Source: an uncultured delta proteobacterium (GTDB lineage: Bacteria; Desulfobacterota; Desulfobacteria; Desulfobacterales; Desulfatirhabdiaceae). From it: a DNA stretch of 64,000 nt. Location of the stretch: assembly GCA_963789395.1 (NCBI GenBank), contig CAWBKP010000025.1:59908-123907 (forward strand). Reading direction: 5' to 3'. The notes under the pieces are model-generated. The model made no database searches, was not told the DNA's origin, and saw only the letters and a list, made by a program, of their open reading frames with translations. This document shows, piece after piece, positions 21,315-31,540 of this stretch. Positions within the stretch are counted from its first letter, which is position 1. Each line of letters starts with the position of its first letter. The translations under genes were made by a program, and so were the position numbers.

Positions 21315-21535
21315 GTTTAAGTGAGAATCCCCGTGTGACTTTTTCCCTCAGGGCGGATATTGATTCCAGCTTTGATCCGTCAAAAGACCGAATGGGCAAT
21401 CCAATCTCAATTGGGTGGTGTAATGGTCTGGGAATTGGGACAGGAAGCTGCCGGCGACGACTCACTGTTGAAAGTGATCTGCAATCCGTTGCTAAACAGA
21501 TTGGCTTAAGAGGAAAGTTTACAGGAGATATTTTT

Positions 21536-22003
21536 ATGACAATTTCTAAAGGCATGTTCACTATTACGTTTCTTTTCGTTGCAATCGTTTTCTCATACTC
21601 ATGCTCGGCGGCAAGTCACTGCGACCTCGTAGATGCCGCCGAAAAAGGTAATCTTGAAGCGATAAAAAGCTGTCTTGAGAATGGTGCGGATGTTAACGGG
21701 CATGCGCTCTTCACACGCACCACGGCCCTGATAGAAGCTGCAAGGAACGGTCACGCTGACTGTGTGAAAGTTCTTCTTCTTGCCAAAGATGTGGACGTGG
21801 ATGCGACGGAGAAGGATGGCTATACGGCGTTGATAATATCAGCCGAGAAGGGCTACGCGAATGTCGTTACCCAACTGATTTCAAAGGTTGCGGACGTGAA
21901 CGCAAAGTCAAATGGTGGCGTAACAGCGTTGTGGATAGCCATTCATGAAGGTCATAACGACATTGTGCATATGTTGAAGGCTGCTGGTGCGAGAGTGGAT
22001 TGA
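21536..22003 (+). CDS. Exported ankyrin-repeat protein
   Basis: RBS aggaga; signal peptide; about four ankyrin repeats (TALIEAARNGH, GYTALIISAEKGY, GVTALWIAIHEGH). Confidence 0.88.
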   Translation: MTISKGMFTITFLFVAIVFSYSCSAASHCDLVDAAEKGNLEAIKSCLENGADVNGHALFTRTTALIEAARNGHADCVKVLLLAKDVDVDATEKDGYTALIISAEKGYANVVTQLISKVADVNAKSNGGVTALWIAIHEGHNDIVHMLKAAGARVD

Positions 22004-22130
22004 TGACGGCCAGGGAAGCCTGCCAGATCAGGATATAACGCCTGGGAGATTCCCAGGGGTGCAAATAAGTAGACAAATCGGATTGCTTGACAATTATGTT
22101 AAATGAATCGGTTATGGGACGGTGGGAATA

Positions 22131-22550
22131 ATGAAAAAAATATTTATTGTTGCAATGGTTATTTCAATTTGTTTGATATCCTTTGCTTCAACGAGTTGGG
22201 CTATTTGGCCTTTCTCTCATTGGAAAAACAATGAACAAACAAAAATAAATGATCTTGAAAAGCAACTCCAAGTTGAAAGGCAGATGAAGGCGGACGCAGA
22301 GACAAAAATTAGCGAACTTGAAGATCAACTCCAATATGAGAGGCAGTTGAGGGAGTCCGTACAAAAAGATAAAGAATTGGCCCAACAAAATACAGCAAAA
22401 GCTGAAAGCTCTCGTGTTCTATGGATGGGCATATCGGCAGCATTTGGTTTGCTTTGTCTTCTTTTGGGGATTGCTATAGGATCAAAAATTCGAGGGGCTA
22501 CAAAGATTCAGCACAACGCCGCCGGAAGAGACAATATCGAACGAGAATGA
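22131..22550 (+). CDS. Hypothetical protein: signal peptide, coiled coil, C-terminal TM helix
   Basis: MKKIFIVAMVISICL leader; internal repeat TKINDLEKQLQVERQ/TKISELEDQLQYERQ; AT-rich. Confidence 0.75.
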   Translation: MKKIFIVAMVISICLISFASTSWAIWPFSHWKNNEQTKINDLEKQLQVERQMKADAETKISELEDQLQYERQLRESVQKDKELAQQNTAKAESSRVLWMGISAAFGLLCLLLGIAIGSKIRGATKIQHNAAGRDNIERE

Positions 22551-22805
22551 AGTCAAGACCCCTTAAAGGCAGCGATGCCGTGAAAAAAATGATTGAATCC
22601 GAATCACGGATGGCTTATCTTTCGAGAAAACTCAGGGGGGAGGCAACTTGGCTTATAGCGGCTTGAATCCTTCAGACATGCAGATATATCATGCGATGAA
22701 CTCATAGAAAGTCAAAATCGGGATGGCAATGTACAGGTCGAGCAAAAAAGACGATGATCTGAGTTGAATACGGATTTTTTTAAAGCGTAGTCAATAAAAG
22801 GTATA

Positions 22806-24282
22806 ATGTATAACAGCTATTTTGGATTTTCAAATTCCCCTTTCGAAAACAGTCTTGATCAGCGATTCCTGTTTTTCAGTGCGAATCACAGTGACGTAAC
22901 CGCTGCGCTTCTCTATTTCATACAGTGGGAAAAAGAGTTTGCCCTGGTCTGCGGGGAAAGGGGAACCGGAAAGACCCTGCTTGTCCATTACCTGCTGAGC
23001 AGACTGCCCGACTCCGTGCACCCGATCATCATAGCGGATCCGGGTGTCGGTTACATGGAGATTCTGCAATCTGCTGCAAGAATATTAAACATAGACGACC
23101 CGGGGAAAAGTGAACATGATCTGGTCGATCATGTAAAGGCAGCTTTGGTGGAAGTCCGGCCGTCAGGCAGAACGCTTTGTTCTGATAGTCGATGAGGCTC
23201 ACCTTTTTTCCGACACCCGCATCGGAGAAATCATACGCCTTTCCAATATTGAAACACCGGAGCATAAGCTCTTCCAGATTCTGTTTCTCGGGCAGGGCGT
23301 ATTCAGCGACAGGCTGAACCGTCCCGAGCTGTGCCAGCTTCGACAGCAGATCAACATCAACCGCTTTCTCGCCCCCATGGATGCTGCCGAAACCATCCAG
23401 TACATCGATCATCGGCTCAATAAGGCGGGCTCCAGTTTTGACGCCTGTTTCGAACCCGAATGCAGGCATCTTATTTTCAAAATGACAGGTGGCGTTCCGC
23501 GCAGTATCAACCAGCTCTGCGACAGTGCGCTGCGGGTCTGTATGACCGAAAAACTGTTGAAGGTTGACCGGAAGATCCTGAAACAGATCGGCAGGGATCA
23601 GCGCAGCGATGTCCGCTTTACTTCCGGGTCTCACGCTGGCCGCAGCAGGCTATCTTCCTTGAAAACGACTCCTCTGCTGGCTGTTTTGAGCGCATCCGTC
23701 GTTATATGTATCCTGCTTGGCGTTTTCGTCTATCAGGAGAGGCTGGAAGAGAGGGCCCGATATTTTCTTCACGGGACTGAGACATCGATGGCGGTAATAC
23801 CGGCTGCGGTCCAACCTCCCGGCTCTGAAACTGCTGCCGATCCGGCAATGACCCCGGCTGTCATGAACACGGATGCTATAGATGCTGCAAAATTGGCTGA
23901 TCCGACGATTGACGCCGAATCGGAGAACGATAGATCCAGTTCGACCTTGCTGCCCGCAGGAGCGGATTTGCCGGAAATGAAGCAGACCCTGCCGGACCAG
24001 GCGCCTGCCTCCCCTGTGGAAAAAACCGGCAATGTGGTTGTCTTCCCCTTGATGCGTATGAAAGGCTTTCCGCCGGGGAACCCATCATCACGTTTATCCC
24101 GCCCGAAAAGCGTAGTGGTGAAAAAAGGGGATACGCTGATTAAGATAGCATCCCGGTATTTCCCGGATAACCAAGTCGAAGGCGTCAATAAAATCCTCGC
24201 AGCCAATCCTGAAATCGATGTGATAAACCGGATTTATATCGGTCAGAAATTGATCATTCCCGAAAAAGGTAATGATAGATAG
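22806..24282 (+). CDS. ExeA/GspA-like AAA ATPase with TM helix and C-terminal LysM domain, frameshift near 23170
   Basis: MYNSYFGFSNSPF, GERGTGKT, IVDEAH (second frame), TGGVPRSINQLCD; LysM VKKGDTLIKIA..IYIGQKLIIP. Confidence 0.85.
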
Positions 24283-24318
24283 TTGCGGATCGGGGAGGAC
24301 GATCAAGTTAAATCGAGA

Positions 24319-24351
24319 TCGAAACAAATACAAAATGTCAATGTCGAAATG
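24319..24351. repeat. Partial copy of repeat family A
   Basis: tcgaaacaaatacaaaatgtcaatgtcgaaatg matches reverse complement of 10263-10295 at 29/33. Confidence 0.6.
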
Positions 24352-24497
24352 GCCGAAGATAATGAGCGAACTGCTTGCCATCATTATTGACTCGTCAATA
24401 GAACTGTGATAGCGCATAAAGTCAAAGATGCTGATATGTTCAGGTTGCCATCCGATATGAGTTTAACCATTTTTCATAGATGAAGGAGAACATCAGT

Positions 24498-25538
24498 ATG
24501 GCCTTCCAGGATTTTTCCCATCAGTTCATTCAGGGGCTTTCGGAGATTCACAGATCGCTTGATTTGAAGGAGACAAAGGAAGCGGTTGTCCGGGTTTCAT
24601 CACAGCTTTTTGGTGCAAAGGGCGCCTCGCTGCTGCTGTTTGACCGCACGCATGACACATTGAGAGTTTCCGAAGCTTATGGTCTGAGCGACGCCTATAA
24701 GACAAAGGGAGACGTCAGTCCGAAAAAAAGCATCGGTGAGACGACCCACGGCAACGTGGTGGTGATCCGCGATGTTGCCACGGACCCGAATCTGCAGTAT
24801 CCGCAGGATGCGATAAAAGAAGGGATTAAAAGCATTGTCGGTATTCCGGTTGCCGTTGGAAACATTCTGGTCGGCACGCTCCGGCTGTATTTTGACAGTA
24901 CCCGGGAAATTTCCTGGGAGGAGATGGAGTATCTGAAGATGCTGGCGCTTCATGTGGGGCTGTCGTTAAGAAAGTCGTTTTATTTTGACTCCATCAAGAA
25001 CTCGACCACCAATATCCATTTGATGCCTGCGTTCAAGGTCAGCGAATCGATGATGAACCTGGTCAAGACCGCAACCTTATCCGGCAATTCCAGGGGCTGC
25101 TCGCTGTTTTTGATCAAGCAGTCCGAGGGGATGCTGGAGCGGGTGGCCTCTTTCGGGCTGAGTGAGAGCTACATTTCCAAAGGGACGCTGTATGCCGCAC
25201 AGAGCATCGGAGAGGTGATCACCGGAAAGCCGGTTATCATCTCCAAGGTCGCCACCGATTCCCGGGTTCAGTACCGCGAGGAGGCGCTAAAGGAGAACAT
25301 CAAGGCCATCATCGGCTTTCCCGTGACAGTGGGTTCAAAAATAGTCGGTGCGCTCAGGTGGTATTATGACTTTGAATTCGAGCCGGACAAGGACCATCTG
25401 ACATGGAAGGAATACCTGGCGATCAACGTGGGTCTTGCCATCGAGAAGAATCAGCTGCTGATTCAGCTAAAGACCCGGCAGGACTGGTATGCCGATATTC
25501 TCTTTGAGATGGATGCCAAACCCTACAAGATTTCCTGA
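24498..25538 (+). CDS. Stand-alone tandem GAF-domain protein
   Basis: Two homologous halves (YGLSDAYKTKG..DVATDPNLQYP / FGLSESYISKG..KVATDSRVQYR); RBS aaggag. Confidence 0.85.
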   Translation: MAFQDFSHQFIQGLSEIHRSLDLKETKEAVVRVSSQLFGAKGASLLLFDRTHDTLRVSEAYGLSDAYKTKGDVSPKKSIGETTHGNVVVIRDVATDPNLQYPQDAIKEGIKSIVGIPVAVGNILVGTLRLYFDSTREISWEEMEYLKMLALHVGLSLRKSFYFDSIKNSTTNIHLMPAFKVSESMMNLVKTATLSGNSRGCSLFLIKQSEGMLERVASFGLSESYISKGTLYAAQSIGEVITGKPVIISKVATDSRVQYREEALKENIKAIIGFPVTVGSKIVGALRWYYDFEFEPDKDHLTWKEYLAINVGLAIEKNQLLIQLKTRQDWYADILFEMDAKPYKIS

Positions 25539-25593
25539 AAAAAGAAGCAGCGCTTTGGAAGCGGCCCGGCCGCATCCAAAGCGCTGTGCCGTT

Positions 25594-26106
25594 TTACAGC
25601 CAGCGCTTTTTTTCCAGCAGGGACTTGGCATAGTCCTGGCGGGTTTTGCGCGTTCCCGTATTGGGGCGTTTAAAGCTCAGCGCGTGGGCCGTACAAGCCG
25701 TAACGCAGGCGGGCTTTTCATCCGCATCGAGCCGGTCCCTGCAGTAATCGCATTTTAGCACCTTTCCGCTTGATTCATCCCACTGCGGCACCTGCCAGGG
25801 GCAGGCGTCGATACAGGCCTTGCAGCCGACGCAAAGCTTTGCATCCACAAAAACGATTCCATCCGCTTTTCGCTTTTTAATGGCATCGGTCGGGCAGACG
25901 GCCATGCACCAGGGCTCTTCGCAATGAAAACAGGCCCTGAAGGCCGAAAGAATCTGGATGGTGTCTTCCTCGCAAACCGGCTCCGCGGTGATCAATAATC
26001 CCATCTTGACATCGGAAGCCGTCTGATGGGCCACCTGGCAGTGCACCTCACATGCCTTGCAGGCAATGCATCGTCTCGGGTCAAATTGAATATGGCAGTT
26101 GTTCAT
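25594..26106 (-). CDS. 4Fe-4S dicluster protein (PhsB/DmsB-like)
   Basis: CIACKACEVHC, CFHCEEPWCMAVCP, CVGCKACIDACP and KCDYC..PACVTAC motifs. Confidence 0.9.
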   Translation of the reverse strand: MNNCHIQFDPRRCIACKACEVHCQVAHQTASDVKMGLLITAEPVCEEDTIQILSAFRACFHCEEPWCMAVCPTDAIKKRKADGIVFVDAKLCVGCKACIDACPWQVPQWDESSGKVLKCDYCRDRLDADEKPACVTACTAHALSFKRPNTGTRKTRQDYAKSLLEKKRWL

Positions 26107-26417
26107 CTTGGGTCCTGTTTTATCGGTATCTTTTTTTGCAGAGGGGTTGCAGTCTGAAATGATATCGGCTGATACCTATAAAACTAGCGGCGTTGTGTCA
26201 AGGGTTCTTTTTAGGTGAAGGGAAATCCGGCCGGGTCCGAAGCAAAGAGACAAAAATCGGGAGCCCGATTTTATTGTTTCAGAGCAGCATCGGGTTTATT
26301 GTTCTTGAAAGTCATCGGCGATTTTGGTATGCGTGCAAAGATAAAATATGTCTCCCATCTTCAAACAACCCGGCTTGTATGAGCCGATAATGCGTCCGTA
26401 CCGAAAGGGACTTTGCC

Positions 26418-28491
26418 ATGTCAGAGAAAACCATCTTCAGTATCTGCGGTATGTGTTCCGTGCACTGCCCTGTTCAGGTGAATGTTCAAAATGGTGAATG
26501 CAGATTTATTCAGGGAAATCCCCATGCTCCCGGTATCAATGGTGCTTTGTGCGCACGCGGAGCCGCCGGACTGGAACTGATAAAAGATGATCAGCGGCCG
26601 CAGTTTCCGATGATGCGAAAGGCAGGGCGCGGAGAAGGCAGCTGGATTCGGCTCTCCTGGGACGAGGCCCTGGATCGGGTGGCCGGAAGATCTCTGCAAT
26701 TCAGTCCCAGTATGGCAAGGAAAGCCTGATGGGCTCGGATGGGGGCGGCTGTTTTTCAGATCTGTTTGCAGCCTTTATGCGCGGCATGGGCACTCCCAAT
26801 TACCATACAGCAAGTGCCAGCTGCGATATCAACGTGCATCATGCCGCCAAGTCGCTTTTTGGATTCGGTGCGGATGCGCTGGTTTTCGACTACAGAAAGG
26901 CAAAATATGTCGTTCTTCAGACCCGCAACCTTTTTGAATCCATCGATGTCAAAGAAGTCAATGACCTGATGAGCGGCCTGGAGGCCGGGTGCAAGCTTGC
27001 GGTGATAGACATCCGGGCAACGATTTCCTCTGCCAAGGCAGACCGCTTTTTGCTGATCCGCCCCGGTACGGACTATGCGTTAAATCTTGCCGTGATCCAC
27101 GTTTTGCTGAATCAGCAGCTCTTTGACGCCGGCTTTGCAGGGGAACGGATCAGCGATATCGAAGCCCTTCGCACGTTTGTAGCCCCCTATACGCCCCAGT
27201 GGGCGCAGGCCGAGACCGGTATTGCGGCTGATGCCATCGTCTCTCTGGTTCAGGAAATCGCCAAGGCCGCCCCTGCCGTTATCTGGCATCCGGGCAGAAT
27301 GACGGCCCGCTACAAGGATTCGTTTTATGTCAGCCGCACGGCCTTTATCATCAATTCGCTGCTGGGGGCCATCGGCGCCAAAGGCGGGCTGGCCCTTGCC
27401 GCCACACCCGAGAGTGCCGGCAGAAACAGCCTGAAGAAACTGGTGGATCTGCTGCCGGAGCCAGGCGGGGTCCGCGCCGATGGCGTGGGCACAAGATACC
27501 CTGTTTTTGATCCGGAAAAAGGGCTGCTGCATCAGGCCTTTCAGGCCGTAAAGACCCAGAGCCCGTATCCGGTCAAGGCCTATATGTGCTTTGGCCATGA
27601 TCCGCTGGCAGAGCATGCGGACCCTGTGGCATTAACAAGAATTCTGGACAATCTCGATCTTCTGGTCTGCGCAACGCCGTTCTGGTCCCAGACGGCCTGG
27701 CATGCGGATATCGTGCTGCCGCTGTCCGCGTACCTGGAACAAGAGAGCATTCTGTTTCAGCAAAACGGCCTGAAGCCCGGCTTTTCGGCCCGGTTCCGCT
27801 GCGTGAACCCCAGACTGGACAGCCGCTCGGACTGGAGAATGATTACAGAGCTTTCCAAACGCCTTGGCATTGCCGCACTGTCTTTTAACAGCATTGAGGA
27901 CATCTGGCAGTATCAGCTTCAGGAGACCGGCGTGTCGATGGCAGACTTTACAGAAACCGGCCGGGTTGATCTGACGCAAAAGCCGGTTTATGAAAAGCTC
28001 GGCACGCTGGATACACAGAGCGGCAAGATTGAAATCATCAATTCCAAGTGGGAGAAGGCCGGCATTGCCTCCTTGCCGCCCTATGCCTCCCCCCCCGCAA
28101 AGCCCGGTCTTTACCGCCTTGCCATCGGCGGGTGCGCCATTCACGCAGCAGGCCAGACGATCAACAACCCCAGGCTCTTTTCCCAGATGCCGGAAAACGT
28201 GCTGTGGATGCATGCATCAACCGCCCGAGATAACGGCATCTCAGACGGAGACAGCGTTGTGGTCTCTGCAACGGATACAGCGCCACGATACCAGCAAGGC
28301 TCAGCCAGTTCATGCACCCTGAGGCCGTATTCATGGTGCACGGCTTTGGCCGGAGCATTCCGGCCGAATCCAGGGCCTGCGGCAAGGGGGTATCGGATAT
28401 TTCCCTGATGAGCGGCGGACTGGACCAGTGGGATCCGTCCGGGGGAGGACTGGCGTTTCAGGAGCATTTCGTGTCGGTCAAAAAGGCGTAA
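26418..28491 (+). CDS. Molybdopterin oxidoreductase catalytic subunit, PhsA/PsrA-like, no Tat signal; frameshifted near 26690 and 28270-28310
   Basis: CGMCSVHCP..LCARG FS0 motif, SWDEALD, IRPGTDYA, ADIVLPLSAYLE, MPENVLWMH; C-terminus HPEAVFMVHGFG..VSVKKA in another frame. Confidence 0.85.
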
Positions 28492-28528
28492 GCGGGTTGA
28501 GGCGCGTGAAGGCGTGAAAGCGTCAGAG

Positions 28529-28555
28529 CGGAGCCATTTTGCAATATCATGCACT
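28529..28555. repeat. Repeat family B, copy 2
   Basis: 22/27 identity to 404-430; preceded by gcgtgaa repeats as in copy 1. Confidence 0.45.
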
Positions 28556-28829
28556 TTTGCGCTATACATCAAAGTTTGGTTGGCGGTTCATACTGACAAA
28601 CCGATGCGCTTTTAGTGGAAAGTATCAGGATTATTGATTGCATCCGTGCTAACCAAATGCGTAGAATATTTTATAACTATCTGTATTTAATCATCAATCA
28701 ATAAATTGAAGTTGATTAAATATGAAAATATTGTTCATTTGTTCTTGACAGGATAAACAGCATCAGTGTAAACGGACACAGTTTGTTTTTCAAAAACTTT
28801 CTTCCAATCCAAACAAGGGTGAAAATCTC

Positions 28830-29210
28830 ATGCAGTTTGACTGGTTGAACTTTGCAATCATTTTGTTTTTGTTTGCCGGACTTGCATTCGGCGGTCTTCC
28901 GGTTGTCCTCTCGTTGTTTTTATCCCCAAAAAGCAAAGCCAGCGACTTATCCCTTCCCTATGAATGCGGAATAAACCCCCTGGGGTCGGCGCGTGTGAAT
29001 TTCGGCATCAATTATTATTTTTATGCGCTGCTGTTTCTTGCCTTTGACGTGGATGTCCTGTATCTGTTTCCGGTATCGGTTGTTTATGCAAACAGCCCTG
29101 GCTGGACCCTGTTCTGGGAGCTGGCCGTCTTTCTGGGTATTCTTGGGCTTGCGGTGGTATATTTCTGGCGCAAAGGAGTGTTTACATGGCCAAGAAGGAT
29201 TTCCTTCTAA
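28830..29210 (+). CDS. nuoA: NADH-quinone oxidoreductase subunit A
   Basis: PYECG, YYFYALLFLAFDVD and YFWRKGVFTW motifs. Confidence 0.93.
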   Translation: MQFDWLNFAIILFLFAGLAFGGLPVVLSLFLSPKSKASDLSLPYECGINPLGSARVNFGINYYFYALLFLAFDVDVLYLFPVSVVYANSPGWTLFWELAVFLGILGLAVVYFWRKGVFTWPRRISF

Positions 29211-29219
29211 AACAGGCAG

Positions 29220-29726
29220 ATGACGGATACGGGTACGGATCCGCCGCTGATTCAGATTCAACCCGTTCAGCAGATCATGGATCTGTGCAGGTCCATGTCC
29301 TTGTGGCCCATGACGTTCGGGTTGGCATGTTGCGCTATTGAAATGATGGCTGTCGGCATGGCGAGATTTGATATTTCCAGATTCGGCGCAGAGGTATTCC
29401 GCCCGTCCCCCAGGCAGTCGGATTTGATGATTGTTGCCGGAACGGTTTCAAAAAAGATGGCGCCTGCCGTTGTCCGGCTGTATGAGCAGATGCCGGCTCC
29501 CAAATGGGTCATGGCGCTCGGCAATTGCGCCATATCCGGCGGTCCGTTCAGCTTTGAGGGGCAGTATGGCATCATTGAAGGCGTGGATCGTCTGATTCCC
29601 GTGGATGTCTATGTGCCGGGCTGTCCGCCCAGGCCCGAGGGATTGCTGGAAGGATTGTTCGAGCTTCAAAAGAAACTGACTGGCCGTCGCTGGTGGCCAG
29701 AACCCAAAGAACATTACCGTATATGA
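29220..29726 (+). CDS. nuoB: NADH-quinone oxidoreductase subunit B
   Basis: [18 protein letters not shown] and [13 protein letters not shown] motifs. Confidence 0.95.
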   Translation: MTDTGTDPPLIQIQPVQQIMDLCRSMSLWPMTFGLACCAIEMMAVGMARFDISRFGAEVFRPSPRQSDLMIVAGTVSKKMAPAVVRLYEQMPAPKWVMALGNCAISGGPFSFEGQYGIIEGVDRLIPVDVYVPGCPPRPEGLLEGLFELQKKLTGRRWWPEPKEHYRI

Positions 29727-30224
29727 AAACGCAACTTACGAATCGCTCACTTCCTGAGGTCTTATCCGGCTTCGAAGTCCGGGGAAAAGCAGCTTCCGAT
29801 TATGCGCAAAACCGGGTTTTATGCCGGGATGTTTATCGAAAAATCACATCTGCTGAATGTTGCGGCCCTTCTTTTTGAAAATGGATATTTTCTTGAAGAT
29901 GTCTCGGGCGTCGATGTTCAGGAGGGAATTCTTGTGGTGTATCATTTCGACCGGTATGACCGGTCCGAACGGCTGACTGTTCGGGTGCTGACGTCCCATG
30001 ATGCGCCGTCGGTTCCGTCCATAGTTTCCGTTTTCAGCGGTGCGGACTGGCACGAGCGGGAATGCTTTGATTTTTTTGGTGTCGTTTTTGAAAACCATCC
30101 GAATCTGAAACCGCTTCTTCTTCCCGATGATCTTGGTGTGCATCCACTGTTAAAAGAAAAAAACCGACAGTCGCTTTATGCAGTGTTGCCATTTGATCAA
30201 CTGGTTGACGGCAATTTTTCATAA
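29723..30224 (+). CDS. nuoC: NADH-quinone oxidoreductase subunit C (short), frameshift near 29810
   Basis: [37 protein letters not shown]. Confidence 0.88.
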
Positions 30225-30455
30225 CAGCCGCTGAAAACGACAAGGGGCAAGGTGTGATATCATCCCTGATTCTCCCTCTCTGCACAGGTGTGCGCCGAGA
30301 GGACCCTTGTGACATCTCGGAGGCGAAGGCGGGAGGCGGTTTGCAGCCGGTTTCCGCAAGACCGATAAACGTGTGTTATTTTGACCGGCAGGTTTATTCA
30401 TTATCACGATTTCGGACTGCTAACATTAAGCAAAAGGCATACCCGGAAGGATCCC

Positions 30456-30930
30456 ATGAAGAGTCAATTACTCCATTATCCAAGATAAAGAACGATGTAT
30501 CGGTTGTCTGAGCTGCGAGGTTTATTGCCTGCAGAACAAGCAGCTCTCGGAAGGCCCCCGGCTGTGTGAAATTGTCGTGCTGGGCAAACGAAAACTCAGT
30601 GGCATTCCCCGCGAAGCCTACGTTTACATGTCCTGTTTTCACTGTGAAAACCCGGCCTGTGTCGCTGCTTGCCCGACCGGCGCCATGAAAAAGCGTGAAT
30701 CCGACGGGATTGTTTATGTGGATTTTGATCGCTGCATCGGATGCAAGGCCTGTATGGTGGCATGTCCCTGGGGGGCGGTGCAGTGGAATTCCGAAGCTCA
30801 GAAAGTCGTCAAATGCGATTATTGCAAGGATCGTGTGGATCAGGGTCTAAAGCCGGCCTGCGTAACGGTTTGCTCAACCGGATGTCTGAGCTTCAAGGAG
30901 CTGAGCGGCAGCGACTCGGATTCGGATTAG
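30456..30930 (+). CDS. 4Fe-4S dicluster protein (PhsB/DmsB-like) inside the nuo operon, frameshift near start
   Basis: CIGCLSCEVYC, CFHCENPACVAACP, CIGCKACMVACP and KCDYC..PACVTVC motifs. Confidence 0.88.
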
Positions 30931-31017
30931 TTGCTTTGACGACCCATGGTGCCCTTTTGTACAGAATGAAGGGCAACCCAACATCTTTTGATTACCATCC
31001 AGCCTAAGGAGGCATGA

Positions 31018-31528
31018 ATGTCGGGGACAGCGTGTGCGTGCCAGGAGAGACTGCAGGGAAATCGAAATCGATTACAGTCTTCTGGATAAAATCATTCGTG
31101 ATGATTACGGCGGAAACAAGGAAGCCATGATCATGATGATGCAGGCAATTCAACAGGTTTACCGCTTTTTACCGGAAGCTGCCGTGAAGTACTTGTCCCA
31201 GGTGATCGAGGTTCCGATTACCAAGATTTATGAAGTGGCCACGTTTTACGCCTCATTCAGTCTTGAACCCAAGGGAAAGTACATTCTCAGCGTGTGTACG
31301 GGCACGGCCTGCCATTTGAGAGGAAGCGGCGGCCTGACAGAGCACATCTCCAAACGGCTGGGAATCACTCCCGGCAAAACGACTCCGGATATGAAACTGA
31401 CCCTGGAAACAGTCAACTGCGTCGGCGCCTGCGCTGTGGCACCGGTTGTGGTTATTGATGAGAAGTGTTACCCCAAGGCAGATATCGCCACGCTAAACGA
31501 TTTCATGGATCGTCTGAATGCGGAATAA
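31018..31528 (+). CDS. nuoE: NuoE/HydC-like [2Fe-2S] subunit (start approximate, frameshift near 5' end)
   Basis: VATFYASF, CTGTACH and CVGACAVAP motifs; RBS aaggagg. Confidence 0.88.
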
Positions 31529-31540
31529 GGGAATGATGAT

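Noticed and set aside
22033..22104. attC-like site (atataac...gttaaat)
   Set aside because: The inner L boxes are not complementary, there is no second site and no integron integrase.
28719..28740. Rex operator upstream of nuoA (atatgaaaatattgttcattt)
   Set aside because: Half-site spacing and sequence do not fit TTGTGAA-N4-TTCACAA; it could be another operator but is unsupported.
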